From assembly GCA_018262245.1 (NCBI GenBank), contig JAGTRV010000001.1, positions 2,019 through 66,018 on the forward strand: a stretch of 64,000 bases of DNA, in the 5' to 3' direction. Source of the DNA: Pseudomonadota bacterium (GTDB lineage: Bacteria > Pseudomonadota > Gammaproteobacteria > Burkholderiales > Rhodocyclaceae). How positions within the stretch are numbered: position 1 is the stretch's first letter; each line of letters begins with the position of its first letter. The translations under genes were made by a program, and so were the position numbers. Under the pieces are notes generated by a model. It saw only the letters and a program-made list of their open reading frames with translations. It ran no database searches and was not told where the DNA came from. Shown in pieces: positions 40,666-50,943 of this stretch.

Positions 40666-42149
40666 TCGGCCTGCTCCAGCCCGTGGCGAACCAGCTTGGC
40701 GCGCAGTCCGACCCGCGACAGGCCCAACTCCCGGGCCGCCCGCGATTTGTTCCAGCGATGACGGATCATCGCCTCCTTGAGGACATTCATTTCCAGTTGA
40801 TCCATGCGCTCCTTGAGACCACCACTCAAGCCGGAAGCCCAGGCCAGATCATTTTCCTGAGTTTCGCCCACCGGTGTGCGCAACACCCGTGGCGACAGCA
40901 GGTCGGCACCAAGCAGCGGCGCGGTGGACAAGGCGACCATGCGCAGAATTTCGTTTTGCAGTTCGCGCACATTGCCTGGCCAGCGGTAAGCAGCAATGCA
41001 GGCAAGCGCTTCGTTGGTGAAGCCCTCAACCGATTTTCCAAGCGCCTGGCAACTGCTATCGAGCAGACGACGCGCCAGCAGCGGCAGATCCATTGGCCGC
41101 TCTCTCAACGGCGGCACATGCAATGAAATGGTCGCCAGCCGGTAGTAGAGATCCTCACGGAAACGTCCGGTGCGCACGTCTTCTTCCAGGTCGCGATTGG
41201 TCGCGGCAATGACCCGGACATCGACATGAACCGGGCGGTTGCTGCCCAGCGGGCGAAACTCGCCTTCCTGCAGCACGCGCAGCAGCTTGACCTGGAAGGC
41301 CGGGCTGGTTTCGCCGATTTCGTCGAGGAACAGCGTGCCGCCATCGGCCTGCTGGAACAGGCCGACACGATCTTCCACCGCGCCGGTAAAGGCGCCGCGC
41401 TTGTAGCCGAACAACTCCGATTCAAGCAGCGTATCGGGCAGGGCGCCGCAGTTTTCGGTAATGAAGGGTTTGCTCGCCCGGCGGCTTTCGTAGTGGATGG
41501 CGCGGGCGATCATTTCCTTGCCGGTGCCCGATTCGCCGGTGACCATCACCGACAGGTCAAAAGGCGCAACGCGCCCGACCATGTCGCAGACGGCATTGAT
41601 CGGGCTGCCCGGCGCCCGGATGAAGCCAGCCAGACCGAAACTGCTTTTGACCTTCTCCTGCTTGCTGTCGACGTGCCTTTTCAGCACCGGCTCGGCCGTG
41701 CGCAGATCGAGCGACAGCCGCTGGTTTTCCTGTTGCAGACGCCAGACTTCGGCGGCGCGCTGCATGGTCAGCAGCAGTTGCTCGGGCTGCCAGGGCTTCA
41801 ACAGGTATTGCCAGATTCCAGCCTCATTGACGCCGGTGATGATGTCCTCGGCGTCGGTGTAGCCGGACAGGATGATGCGCACGATATCCGGCCAGCGGGT
41901 CCGCACTTCGCGCAGGAACTGGACGCCGGTCGTTCCCGGCATGCGCTGGTCGCAAAGCACGATGCGGATGGCGGCGGAGGCCTGCTCTCGCTCGAGGATT
42001 TCCATGCCCTCGTCGGCACTGGACGCACACAGCACATCGAAATCTTCTTCCAGCGTGCGGCGCAAGGCTTCCTGCGACCGTACTTCGTCATCGACAACAA
42101 GGATGGCCGGTAGTTTGCGCAGGCTGCGGTTGGAAGCCGGGTGACTCAT
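40662..42149 (-). CDS. hoxA: Sigma54-dependent hydrogenase response regulator (HoxA/HupR)
   Basis: REC domain (DQRMP), GESGTGKE, intact [14 protein letters not shown], Fis-type HTH. Confidence 0.9.
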   Translation of the reverse strand: MSHPASNRSLRKLPAILVVDDEVRSQEALRRTLEEDFDVLCASSADEGMEILEREQASAAIRIVLCDQRMPGTTGVQFLREVRTRWPDIVRIILSGYTDAEDIITGVNEAGIWQYLLKPWQPEQLLLTMQRAAEVWRLQQENQRLSLDLRTAEPVLKRHVDSKQEKVKSSFGLAGFIRAPGSPINAVCDMVGRVAPFDLSVMVTGESGTGKEMIARAIHYESRRASKPFITENCGALPDTLLESELFGYKRGAFTGAVEDRVGLFQQADGGTLFLDEIGETSPAFQVKLLRVLQEGEFRPLGSNRPVHVDVRVIAATNRDLEEDVRTGRFREDLYYRLATISLHVPPLRERPMDLPLLARRLLDSSCQALGKSVEGFTNEALACIAAYRWPGNVRELQNEILRMVALSTAPLLGADLLSPRVLRTPVGETQENDLAWASGLSGGLKERMDQLEMNVLKEAMIRHRWNKSRAARELGLSRVGLRAKLVRHGLEQAE

Positions 42150-43822
42150 TCGGGAATCTTCCAGTCAAGATCGCGGTGACGGGCAAGGTGGCGCGGCGTC
42201 CACGAATGCGCCGAACGGGAGACAAAATGATAGCGCGCGACATGGTACGAAGGATCGAAGCCATAGAAATTGCGCCGCATCTCCTTCAGTTCGTCTTCAC
42301 GGTAGGCGGCCAGCGGCTTGATCGCTTCGTCGGCCTGTCGTTTGGCCTGCTTGGCCGCAAGGCGTTCAGCCATATCGGGCGCTGCAGCCAGCTCGGCGGC
42401 CCGCCGGGCGACATCGACAGTGAAACCCGGGGCCGGCAGACAGGCATCGTAGAAAGCCAACTCAACGGCTTCCTTCGCGCTCATCGGCAACCGGTGGCGC
42501 ATGATCGCCTTGGCCCCTGCCTCGCCAACCCTTGGTGGCAGCAAATAAGTCCAGAATTCCGAGCCGAACAGGTTGCCCATGTTCTTGTAATGCGGATTAA
42601 GAACAGCACCGTCGCGCACCCAGACGAAATCGGCCGCCCGCGCGAGGAAGCAGCCGCCCGCCCCGGTGTTGCCGCCAACTGCGGCCACGGTCAGTTGCGT
42701 TTCGCAACGCAGAATGGCTTCGGCCAGGTCATCGATGGCATTGATGTTGGCCCACGATTCATCGGCTGGACTTTCAGCCGCCTCGATGGTGTTCAGGTGA
42801 ATGCCGTTCGACCAGAAATCGCTGCCGCCGCGCAGCACGATCACCTTGGTCGGCTGCGTCGTAGCCCAGCGGAAGGCCTCGGTCAGGCGCTGGCATTGGG
42901 CGGTGCTCATCGCGCCGTTGTAGAACTCGAAACTCAGGAAACCAACACCGGCCGCCTCTTCATAGACGATGTCCTGCCAGGTCGGCATCGGCGATTTCCG
43001 GTAACCGGACAAGGGCAGCGCCGGTAATTCGGCCGCCTCGGGGAAGGCCTGCGTCGCCGGCAGCTTGATGCTCCCAGGGCGCTTGATGTGGCCGATCCAG
43101 ACTGCACCATCGACGGTCGCCCGGCAAATGGCGGTTTCCCGACGACCAAGCAGACTGCCCGGCTCGCCCTTCAGCAGGCCTTCCGGCCAGGCATCGAACA
43201 GATGGCAGGGCTGGCCGAACAGTTCGTCGGCCACACCGGGAAAACCATCGGCAGCATTCAGCTTGGCAAGGATCGCGGCACTGCTGTCAGCCTGCCAGTC
43301 TATGGCCCTGTCGCTCTGCCGCATCAAGGCGTGGGCCTGACCTGACACCCGCTCGGGCACAAAACCGGTGGCACTTTTCCGGTCGACCGCCGCCAGCACC
43401 GCCTGCAACGCCGCTTCGGTGACCTCGTTGCGGTAGATCGACGCTTTCCGGGCCGGACGCATCAAAAACCTGGCCGAGGCCCAGACCGGTCCGGCATCCA
43501 TTTCCGCTTCGGCCTGCAAAACCGTGACACCCCACTCCTGAACGCCATTCTGGATCGCCCAGTCGAGTGCCGATGGGCCACGGTCGCCAACGATGCCGGG
43601 ATGAACCACCAGGCACAGGTGACGCGACCAGATCGATTCGGGAATGGCCCGCTTGAGAAAGGGCGCGATGATCAGATCGGGCCGAAAAAGGCTGACCGCT
43701 TCCTCGCTGACCGAATCCGCGATATCAAACTCGATACTGATCTCATGACCACGCGCCACCAATTCGTAATACAAGCGCTGCGTCAAGCTGTTGAAACTGT
43801 GCGTAATGAAGAGAATTCGCAT
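42146..43822 (-). CDS. hoxX: Hydrogenase maturation factor HoxX/HypX
   Basis: Formyltransferase-like N-domain (HPGIVGDRGPSALDW) plus crotonase-like C-domain (FYNGAMST, NGIHLN). Confidence 0.93.
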   Translation of the reverse strand: MRILFITHSFNSLTQRLYYELVARGHEISIEFDIADSVSEEAVSLFRPDLIIAPFLKRAIPESIWSRHLCLVVHPGIVGDRGPSALDWAIQNGVQEWGVTVLQAEAEMDAGPVWASARFLMRPARKASIYRNEVTEAALQAVLAAVDRKSATGFVPERVSGQAHALMRQSDRAIDWQADSSAAILAKLNAADGFPGVADELFGQPCHLFDAWPEGLLKGEPGSLLGRRETAICRATVDGAVWIGHIKRPGSIKLPATQAFPEAAELPALPLSGYRKSPMPTWQDIVYEEAAGVGFLSFEFYNGAMSTAQCQRLTEAFRWATTQPTKVIVLRGGSDFWSNGIHLNTIEAAESPADESWANINAIDDLAEAILRCETQLTVAAVGGNTGAGGCFLARAADFVWVRDGAVLNPHYKNMGNLFGSEFWTYLLPPRVGEAGAKAIMRHRLPMSAKEAVELAFYDACLPAPGFTVDVARRAAELAAAPDMAERLAAKQAKRQADEAIKPLAAYREDELKEMRRNFYGFDPSYHVARYHFVSRSAHSWTPRHLARHRDLDWKIPE

Positions 43823-43983
43823 GTTTTACACTTCTTTACAATTCATCTCGAGATGCCGACCTTAGGCAGGACAAGGCTTTTCTGGGCACAAATTCCCATT
43901 TCGCATAGCGCTATCACCTTCGCGATATTTTTGATGTAACACGAGATCGCTACGATGCGCTGCAACAAAAAAGGAACTGGGAA

Positions 43984-44196
43984 ATGACAACGCAAGCTCA
44001 AAGAAAGCCCGCCAAACAACGCAACATGCCCGTCAGCCGTGCTCCGCGCCCGGAATACGTCGCCGCGATCCGTTACCCGGATGGTCGCCGCGATCTGTTT
44101 CACATTCGCAACGCTGACAACTTGGCCGATGCCCGCGAACTCGTCATTTCCGAGGTCGGCGAAGTCCGCTCCGTGATGATTGCGCTGCGCCACTGA
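43984..44196 (+). CDS. Small hypothetical protein (70 aa)
   Basis: AAGGA SD upstream; fills the hoxX-hypE gap on the opposite strand. Confidence 0.5.
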   Translation: MTTQAQRKPAKQRNMPVSRAPRPEYVAAIRYPDGRRDLFHIRNADNLADARELVISEVGEVRSVMIALRH

Positions 44197-44200
44197 TCGC

Positions 44201-45253
44201 TCAGCAAATCCGCGGCAATTGTTCGCCGCTCAACCAGTCCACGATGCGCTTGCCGCCGAAACCGGTGGTCATCTGGACAAAATGATGGGCATCTTCATGC
44301 ACACGGCCAACAATGGCCGCAGCCGCCCCCAGCGGATGGCCCTGCATCGCAGCCAATAACTTTTTGGCATCCGGTTCGGCGCAGATCGCCACCAGTTTTC
44401 CTTCATTGGCCACATAAAGCGGGTCCAACCCCAGAAACTCACAAGCTGCATTGACCGCCGGCGTCACCGGAAGATCCTTCTCCTGCAGCATCATGCCGAC
44501 GCCGGATTGCTTGGCGATCTCGTTCAGCGTCGTCGCCAGACCGCCACGCGTCGGATCGCGCAGGACATGAATGTCGGCGCCGCTGGCCCGCATCGTCTCG
44601 ATCAACCCGTGCAGGGCCGCCGTATCGGAAACGATCGGCGACTCGAAGCCGAGGCTCTCGCGCTCGGCCATGATCGCCATGCCGTGATCGCCCAGTGTAC
44701 CGGACACCAGAATGACATCGCCGGGTTTGGCATAGCGCCCGGACAATTCCCGGCCCGGTGCCACGACGCCGACGCCGGTCGTCGTGATGAACACGCCATC
44801 GCCCTTGCCACGCTCGACGACCTTGGTATCGCCGGTCACCACCGGCACGCCAGCCTCCTTCGCCGCCGCCGCCATGCTTTGCACGATACGCGCCAGATCG
44901 GCGAGCTTGAACCCCTCTTCAAGGATGAAGCCGGCCGATAGCCACAAAGGCTTGGCGCCCATCATGGCCACATCGTTGATCGTGCCATGCACCGACAGGC
45001 AGCCGATGTCGCCGCCAGGGAAAAACAGCGGCGAGACGACATGCGAGTCGGTGGCCATGACCAGCCGCCCTTCGCCCTGCGCCGGCAGCAACGCACCATC
45101 ATCCCCCTGGGCCAGATATTCGTTGCCGAGATACTTGGCGAACAATTCCTCAATCAGCTGAGCCATCGCCCGGCCGCCAGAGCCGTGCGCCATATCGACC
45201 TGACCGTGCTTGATATCGATTGGCCGCACGTAGCCTTTGCGTACTTCAGACAT
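44201..45253 (-). CDS. hypE: Hydrogenase maturation carbamoyl dehydratase
   Basis: MAHGSGG, GDTKVVE, RDPTRGG, C-terminal LPRIC. Confidence 0.96.
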   Translation of the reverse strand: MSEVRKGYVRPIDIKHGQVDMAHGSGGRAMAQLIEELFAKYLGNEYLAQGDDGALLPAQGEGRLVMATDSHVVSPLFFPGGDIGCLSVHGTINDVAMMGAKPLWLSAGFILEEGFKLADLARIVQSMAAAAKEAGVPVVTGDTKVVERGKGDGVFITTTGVGVVAPGRELSGRYAKPGDVILVSGTLGDHGMAIMAERESLGFESPIVSDTAALHGLIETMRASGADIHVLRDPTRGGLATTLNEIAKQSGVGMMLQEKDLPVTPAVNAACEFLGLDPLYVANEGKLVAICAEPDAKKLLAAMQGHPLGAAAAIVGRVHEDAHHFVQMTTGFGGKRIVDWLSGEQLPRIC

Positions 45254-46370
45254 CCTTGTAGCGTCCATAAGTGTAGTGAGCGGCACAGGCGCCTTCGGAG
45301 CTGACCATGCAGGAACCGACCGGGTTTTCCGGCGTACAGACGGTGCCGAAAATCTTGCAGTCCTGCGGCCGCTTGACGCCGCGCAGGATGGCCCCGCATT
45401 CGCAGGCCTTGTGATCGGGCACCGATGCATAACCGAGCGGAAAACGCTTTTCGGCATCAAATTCGGCGAACTGGCTGCGAATACGCAGCGCCGAGTAGGG
45501 CAGGATGTTCAGGCCCCGCCATTCGAAATGCTTGCGCATCTCGAAGACTTCGGCGACCAGTTGTTGCGCCTTGAGGTTGCCGTCACGGCTGACGGCGCGG
45601 GCGAATTCGTTCTCGACCTCGGCGCGCCCTTCGTTGACCTGGCGGATCAGCATCTTGATCGCCTGCATCACGTCGAGCGGCTCGAAGCCGGCAATGACCA
45701 CCGGCTTGCGGTATTCCTCGGCGAAGAATTCGTAGGGTCGGCTGCCGATGATGGTCGATACATGGGCCGGGCCAATGAAGCCGTCGAGCGGCACGGTGCC
45801 CCACTGGCGAACCTCCGGCGATTCGAGGATGCTGGAAATGGCCGATGGCGTCAGCACGTGGCAGCAGAGCACCGAGAAATTCTTCAGGCCCAGCGCGGCA
45901 GCGTGCTTGATCGCCACCGCCGTCGGCGGCGTCGTCGTTTCGAAGCCGATGGCGAAGAAGACGACCTGCTTGTCCGGATTCTTTTGCGCCAAGGTCACGG
46001 CATCGGCGCTCGAATAAACCATGCGGATGTCGCCGCCCTTGGCCTTGGCTTTCATCAGCGACAGACCATCGGAGGCTGGCACGCGCAGGCAATCGCCGTA
46101 GGTGCACAGCGTGACGCCCTGTTCGAGCGCCAGGCGGATTGCCTGATCGACGCGGCCGATGGGCAGCACGCAGACCGGGCAGCCAGGACCGTGAATCATC
46201 TTGACGTTGGCCGGCAACAGGTCGGACACGCCATAACGAGAAATGGCGTGGGTGTGGCCGCCGCAGAACTCCATGAAATGGTAGCTGCGCGCCGGGTCAG
46301 CCTCGGCGCGAATGGCGGCAGCCAGCGTCTGCGCGACGTCGCCGTCGCGGAACTCGTCGATGTACTTCAT
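45246..46370 (-). CDS. hypD: Hydrogenase maturation protein
   Basis: CGGHTH, GPGCPVC, GFETT, CMVSSEGAC. Confidence 0.97.
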   Translation of the reverse strand: MKYIDEFRDGDVAQTLAAAIRAEADPARSYHFMEFCGGHTHAISRYGVSDLLPANVKMIHGPGCPVCVLPIGRVDQAIRLALEQGVTLCTYGDCLRVPASDGLSLMKAKAKGGDIRMVYSSADAVTLAQKNPDKQVVFFAIGFETTTPPTAVAIKHAAALGLKNFSVLCCHVLTPSAISSILESPEVRQWGTVPLDGFIGPAHVSTIIGSRPYEFFAEEYRKPVVIAGFEPLDVMQAIKMLIRQVNEGRAEVENEFARAVSRDGNLKAQQLVAEVFEMRKHFEWRGLNILPYSALRIRSQFAEFDAEKRFPLGYASVPDHKACECGAILRGVKRPQDCKIFGTVCTPENPVGSCMVSSEGACAAHYTYGRYKDV

Positions 46371-46615
46371 CAGTGCAAGGTGACGTCGCCGTCGGCCGGC
46401 AACTGGCCGATCTCGGCAAAGAGTTTCAGGGTTTTCTCGGCCTCTTCCGGATCAAGCTTGTTCAGCGCGTAGCCGACATGGACGATCACGTAATCGCCCA
46501 CCGCGACGCCCTCGACCAGGGCCAGCGAAATTTCCTTTTTAACGCCGGCCAGATCGACCAGGGCGTTGTCGTCGGGGCGCAGTTCAACGACCTGCGCGGG
46601 GATCGCGAGACACAT
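46370..46615 (-). CDS. hypC: Hydrogenase maturation chaperone
   Basis: MCLAIPA, VIVHVGYA. Confidence 0.95.
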   Translation of the reverse strand: MCLAIPAQVVELRPDDNALVDLAGVKKEISLALVEGVAVGDYVIVHVGYALNKLDPEEAEKTLKLFAEIGQLPADGDVTLH

Positions 46616-46667
46616 CCGATTTGCTCCTCACCATTCTTTTTGTAGGGGAGATACTACCCGTTGGGAA

Positions 46668-47219
46668 TCAATTGCGCTTGCCTGCCAGACGGCGAAAAAA
46701 ACCGCGCCGGGAAACGGCAGGCTTCCCCTCCGCCACCGGCGGCAGATCGGGCGCTGGCTCGGCAGCAGGCAGGCCAAATACCGTCTTCAGCGCATCGGCG
46801 GCCACCACCCGTGCCTGCGCCATGTCGGCCAGATTGGTCACCGGCGCAATCAGCGGGCAATACTGATAAGGGCCGATGTCCGGATCATCGTCGGCGAGGA
46901 ACTGCATGGTGCCGCAGGGCAGGTTCAGGTAGCGCCGTTCGCCGGCCGGAATGTCGCCCCACAACTGACCGCCACCATAGACCAGCACCAGATTCAGGAA
47001 CCACGGCGTGATCACCACCCCCAGCCAGTCGCCCTCGTAGCGGGCAAAACCGACCGCTTCAACGCCGAGCGCCGCGTTGACGAAAGGCATGTCATGCATG
47101 CGCGTCTGCCAGACGTGGCGGTAATGTGCTTCGAGGAAGGCCGTCGGGTCGTCGTCGCGCGGCACGGCCGGGCGGATTGGCGGCGGGGCCAGGGCAGGGG
47201 TACGAATGCGTTCAGTCAT
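46668..47219 (-). CDS. hybE: HybE/HoxT-type Tat-proofreading chaperone
   Basis: MHDMPFVN, ITPWFLNL, C-terminal SRRGFF. Confidence 0.85.
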   Translation of the reverse strand: MTERIRTPALAPPPIRPAVPRDDDPTAFLEAHYRHVWQTRMHDMPFVNAALGVEAVGFARYEGDWLGVVITPWFLNLVLVYGGGQLWGDIPAGERRYLNLPCGTMQFLADDDPDIGPYQYCPLIAPVTNLADMAQARVVAADALKTVFGLPAAEPAPDLPPVAEGKPAVSRRGFFRRLAGKRN

Positions 47220-47502
47220 GCGGGCGGTTCAAGTCCTGAAAATGCAGCGCTGGATCGAAATCGCCTTCCAGCGAAGCGGCCAGTGCCGAGAGCGCATCCT
47301 CGATCAGCGTGCGCTGCTCGTCTTCAACCACTTCCCGGGCCAGCCCCAGCGAGGTCAATACCCAGGTACCGACCGGCTGCGGGCCGATCAGCATCATGTT
47401 GATGCGTTCGCGCTCGCCGTCCCGCTCGACCCAGGCAAATTCCCCGGCATTTTCGCCGCTGCCTTCCCATTCGACAATGCGTTTCGGAATCGACAGGCAC
47501 AT
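47212..47502 (-). CDS. HypC/HybG/HupF-family chaperone of the hyb cluster
   Basis: MCLSIP start at 47502, GTWVL, AREVV. Confidence 0.82.
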   Translation of the reverse strand: MCLSIPKRIVEWEGSGENAGEFAWVERDGERERINMMLIGPQPVGTWVLTSLGLAREVVEDEQRTLIEDALSALAASLEGDFDPALHFQDLNRPHD

Positions 47503-47981
47503 CAGCTGCGCGCCTTGGCGTCGATGCCGAGCAGGCGCAATTCGGCCAGCGTCATTTCGATCAATTCCGGCACCCGCGCCGCCACCTCTGGCGACAGTTC
47601 CATGCCCAGACTCATCGACACCGGCTGCATGCCGACGATAGCAATCGACTTCGGCGCCTTGTCGGTGAATTCCAGGCTGGCCAGCACATCGGACAGACTG
47701 ACCTGATGCGGTGACAGCTTGGTCTTGAAGAAGACCGGCACATCGTCGCCCTTGAGCAGCACCGGCGTCGCCGGCGGCTGCTTGCAGCGCACGCAGTCGA
47801 CGACGATCAGGCCGTCGAGGTCTTCCAGCTGCTCCAGCATTTCCATACCGCAGGTGCCGCCGTCGATCACCTCGACTTCTGGTGGCAGCACGTACTCCTG
47901 CCCCAGCCGTTCGACAACACGGACACCAACGCCCTCGTCGGTCAGAAGAATGTTGCCAATACCCAGTACGACAATACGCAT
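47502..47981 (-). CDS. hybD: Hydrogenase maturation endopeptidase
   Basis: VLGIGNILLTDEGVG, IDGGT, SPHQ. Confidence 0.9.
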   Translation of the reverse strand: MRIVVLGIGNILLTDEGVGVRVVERLGQEYVLPPEVEVIDGGTCGMEMLEQLEDLDGLIVVDCVRCKQPPATPVLLKGDDVPVFFKTKLSPHQVSLSDVLASLEFTDKAPKSIAIVGMQPVSMSLGMELSPEVAARVPELIEMTLAELRLLGIDAKARS

Positions 47982-47994
47982 GCTGTTTTCCGAT

Positions 47995-48027
47995 AAAAAG
48001 GGGCGCGAACATTGTCGCGCCCCCGTT
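47995..48027 (-). terminator. Terminator-like hairpin between hybC and hybD
   Basis: Minus strand GGGGCGCGA-caatgt-TCGCGCCCC followed by TTTTT. Confidence 0.7.
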
Positions 48028-48048
48028 GATAAAACGACTTGCTATCGA

Positions 48049-49761
48049 TCAAACAGCCTTCACCGTGACCACCGGATTATTCTCCTGATCGACGACATGC
48101 ACGGCACAGGCCAGGCAGGGGTCGAAGGAGTGCACCGTGCGCAGGACTTCCAGCGGCTTCTCGGGATCGGCCACCGGGTTGTCGATCAGGCAGGCCTCGT
48201 AGGCGCCGGGCTGGTCCTTCTCGTTGCGCGGTGCGGCATTCCAGGTGGTCGGCACGACGCACTGGTAGTTCTTGATCTTGCCGGAATCGATGACCACCCA
48301 GTGCGACAGCACGCCGCGCGGCGCTTCGTGGAAACCGACCCCCATCTGTTCTCCCTTCGGGAAAACCGGACGGTTGAAGGTCTTGAGGTCGCCCTTGGCC
48401 ATGTTGGCGAGCAACAGATCCCACTGGTTGATCAGTTCATCAACCTGCACAGCGCAGCCAACGGCCCGCGCCGCATGGCGGCCGATCGTCGAGTGCAGGG
48501 CTTCGACGCCGACCTTGGTGCCGGCCACCGAAGACACCAGATCGAGCGCCGCGGTCGCGTACTTTTTGGTCGGTTCGTGACCGGCGGCCAGCATGTTCAG
48601 CACGCGCGGCAGTGGGCCGACCTGCATCGGCTTGCCATAGAAGGTCGGCGACTTCAGCCACGAGTACTTTCCGTCATCCTTGAAATCGGTGTAGTTCGGC
48701 GTCGTTTCGCCCTTGTACGGGTGCAGCGACTTGTCGTTGCCGTCGCTGTAGTTGTACCAGGAATGCTTGATCGCCTCGGACACACCGTCGGTGAAGTATT
48801 TGTCGTTAAAGCTGGTGATCGCCTTATAGCTCTCCAGCTTGCCGCCTTCGATGTAGCCGCCGGGCAGCGCGAAAGTCGTGCCCTTGCCATCGAGCGGGAT
48901 GTCCGGCACGCACAGGTAGTCGGTGATGCCCTTGCCGTACTTGGTCCAGTCGGCATAGAAGCCGCCGATGGCGCCGACGTCGACGAGATAGACGTTCTTG
49001 ACGAAGTCTTCGAGCTTGAGCATCCACTCCTTGATCGCCAGCAGGCGCTCGATGGTCAGCACCGATTGCGAATCGACCGACAGCGGATTGGCGACGCCAC
49101 CGACCGCGACATTCTGGATGTGCGGCGATTTTGAACCGAGCACGGCGACGATCTTGCTGGCGTAACGCTGGATTTCCAAGGCCTGGAGGTAGTGCGCCGT
49201 GGCCATCAGGTTGACCTCGGGCGACAGTTTCATCGCCGGGTGCCCCCAATAACCATTGGTGAAAATACCGAGCTGGCCGGTGCCAACAAAGCCGCTCAGC
49301 CGATCCTGCACCTTCTTGAACTCGGCCTGACTGTTGCCGCTCCAGTTCGACAGGCTCTGCGCCAGACTGGCCGCCTTGGCCGGGTCGGCCTTCAGCGCAG
49401 AGACGACGTCGACCCAGTCGAGTGCCGACAGGTGATAGAAATGAACGATATGGTCATGCACGGCATGGGCCAGCATGATCATGTTGCGGATGTACTGGGC
49501 GTTGACCGGGATTTCCAACTGCAGCGCATTCTCGACCGCACGGACCGAAGCCATGGCATGCACCGTGGTACAGACGCCGCAGATGCGCTGGGTGATCGCC
49601 CAGGCGTCGCGCGGGTCGCGGCCGATCAGGATGTTCTCGACGCCCCGCCACATCTGGCCCGATGCCCAGGCCTTCTTGACGCGGCCGCCATCCACTTCGA
49701 CGTCGACGCGCAGGTGGCCCTCAATACGGGTGACCGGGTCGATGGTGACACGTTTGTTCAT
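48049..49761 (-). CDS. hybC: Hydrogenase-2-type [NiFe] large subunit
   Basis: IDPVTRIEGH, QRICGVCTTVH, DPCLACAVH plus cleavable tail. Confidence 0.93.
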   Translation of the reverse strand: MNKRVTIDPVTRIEGHLRVDVEVDGGRVKKAWASGQMWRGVENILIGRDPRDAWAITQRICGVCTTVHAMASVRAVENALQLEIPVNAQYIRNMIMLAHAVHDHIVHFYHLSALDWVDVVSALKADPAKAASLAQSLSNWSGNSQAEFKKVQDRLSGFVGTGQLGIFTNGYWGHPAMKLSPEVNLMATAHYLQALEIQRYASKIVAVLGSKSPHIQNVAVGGVANPLSVDSQSVLTIERLLAIKEWMLKLEDFVKNVYLVDVGAIGGFYADWTKYGKGITDYLCVPDIPLDGKGTTFALPGGYIEGGKLESYKAITSFNDKYFTDGVSEAIKHSWYNYSDGNDKSLHPYKGETTPNYTDFKDDGKYSWLKSPTFYGKPMQVGPLPRVLNMLAAGHEPTKKYATAALDLVSSVAGTKVGVEALHSTIGRHAARAVGCAVQVDELINQWDLLLANMAKGDLKTFNRPVFPKGEQMGVGFHEAPRGVLSHWVVIDSGKIKNYQCVVPTTWNAAPRNEKDQPGAYEACLIDNPVADPEKPLEVLRTVHSFDPCLACAVHVVDQENNPVVTVKAV

Positions 49762-49782
49762 GTTGTTCTCCTATCCCTGAAT

Positions 49783-50943
49783 TCAGTGGGTGGCAGCTTC
49801 GTGCGGCAGCACGGGGAAGCGGCGGGTGATGATGATGTAGCCGAGCACTTCGAGCGCGAACATGCCGATGGTGACCAGCATTTCAGCGATGCTCGGGAAA
49901 TAGTTCCAGCCATGATCGACGCCCAGGCCGGTGTCGTAACCGATCAGGAAGCCATTGACGCGGAGCAGGATGCCGCCGAGCATGATCGAGACCCCGGCCA
50001 CGAACAGGCGAGCCGGATTGCGCCGGGCAGCCGGCGTGCCGACGATGGCGAACGGGGCGATGAAGCAGGCCATTTCCAGCCAGAAGAAGAAGGCCTCGAG
50101 GCTGGGCGCCAGCGCATGGCCGAGCGCGCCGCGCACGATCAGATCGCTGAAGCGCACGGCCAGATAGGCAGCCAGCACACCGAGCATGATCTTGGCCATC
50201 GGCTGCAGCAGATGAATTTCGATCTCGCGCCGGTAGGCCGAAGCCGCGACGCAGGATTCGAACAGCACGATGCCATAGCCGATGGTGATCGCCGACAGCA
50301 GGTAAAGTAGCGGCACGATGGGGGTCTGCCACAGCGGATTGACCTGCGGCCCCATGACCACCAGCATGGTCCCCAGCGAGGACTGGTGCATCATCGGCAG
50401 CAGGGTGCCGAGTGCAATGAAGAAGAACAGCACCTTCTCCAGCTTCTGTTTCTGCACCTTCAGGCCCCATTGCTCCATGAAGACCGGCGAGAACTCGATC
50501 CACATCACCATGACGTAGGCCGAGATGCAGACGGCCACCTCGAACATCACCGAATTGGGATTGGCGTAACCCGGCCACAGAATGTGCCAGAAGTTCCACC
50601 AGCGACCGAGGTCGAACAGCACCCCAACGCCGGCCAGCGTGTAGCCGAACAGACTCGCCAGCAAGGCTGGGCGAACCAGCGGGTGGTAATGACCGCGGTT
50701 GAAGATGTACACCAGCATGGCCACCGAAAAGCCGCCGCAGGCGAAGGCCGAGCCGATGATCACGTCGAAGACGACCCAGATGCCCCACGGGTAGCCATCG
50801 TTCAGATTGGTCACTGCGCCGAGGCCGAAAATGAAGCGAACGAACAGCACGGCGATCATCGCCGCGATCAGCACGCCACAAACCAGCGTTGCGGTATTGA
50901 ACAGCTTGCCGCCAACCGGGGCGGCAGGATGATGGGCGCTCAC
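49783..50943 (-). CDS. hybB: NrfD-family membrane subunit of hydrogenase-2
   Basis: TNLNDGYPWG, YHPLVRPA, DLGRWW, HQSSLG. Confidence 0.93.
   Translation of the reverse strand: MSAHHPAAPVGGKLFNTATLVCGVLIAAMIAVLFVRFIFGLGAVTNLNDGYPWGIWVVFDVIIGSAFACGGFSVAMLVYIFNRGHYHPLVRPALLASLFGYTLAGVGVLFDLGRWWNFWHILWPGYANPNSVMFEVAVCISAYVMVMWIEFSPVFMEQWGLKVQKQKLEKVLFFFIALGTLLPMMHQSSLGTMLVVMGPQVNPLWQTPIVPLLYLLSAITIGYGIVLFESCVAASAYRREIEIHLLQPMAKIMLGVLAAYLAVRFSDLIVRGALGHALAPSLEAFFFWLEMACFIAPFAIVGTPAARRNPARLFVAGVSIMLGGILLRVNGFLIGYDTGLGVDHGWNYFPSIAEMLVTIGMFALEVLGYIIITRRFPVLPHEAATH

Noticed and set aside
38249-49761. Selenocysteine [NiFeSe] hydrogenase
   Set aside because: Both large subunits have Cys in DPCxxC with no in-frame TGA
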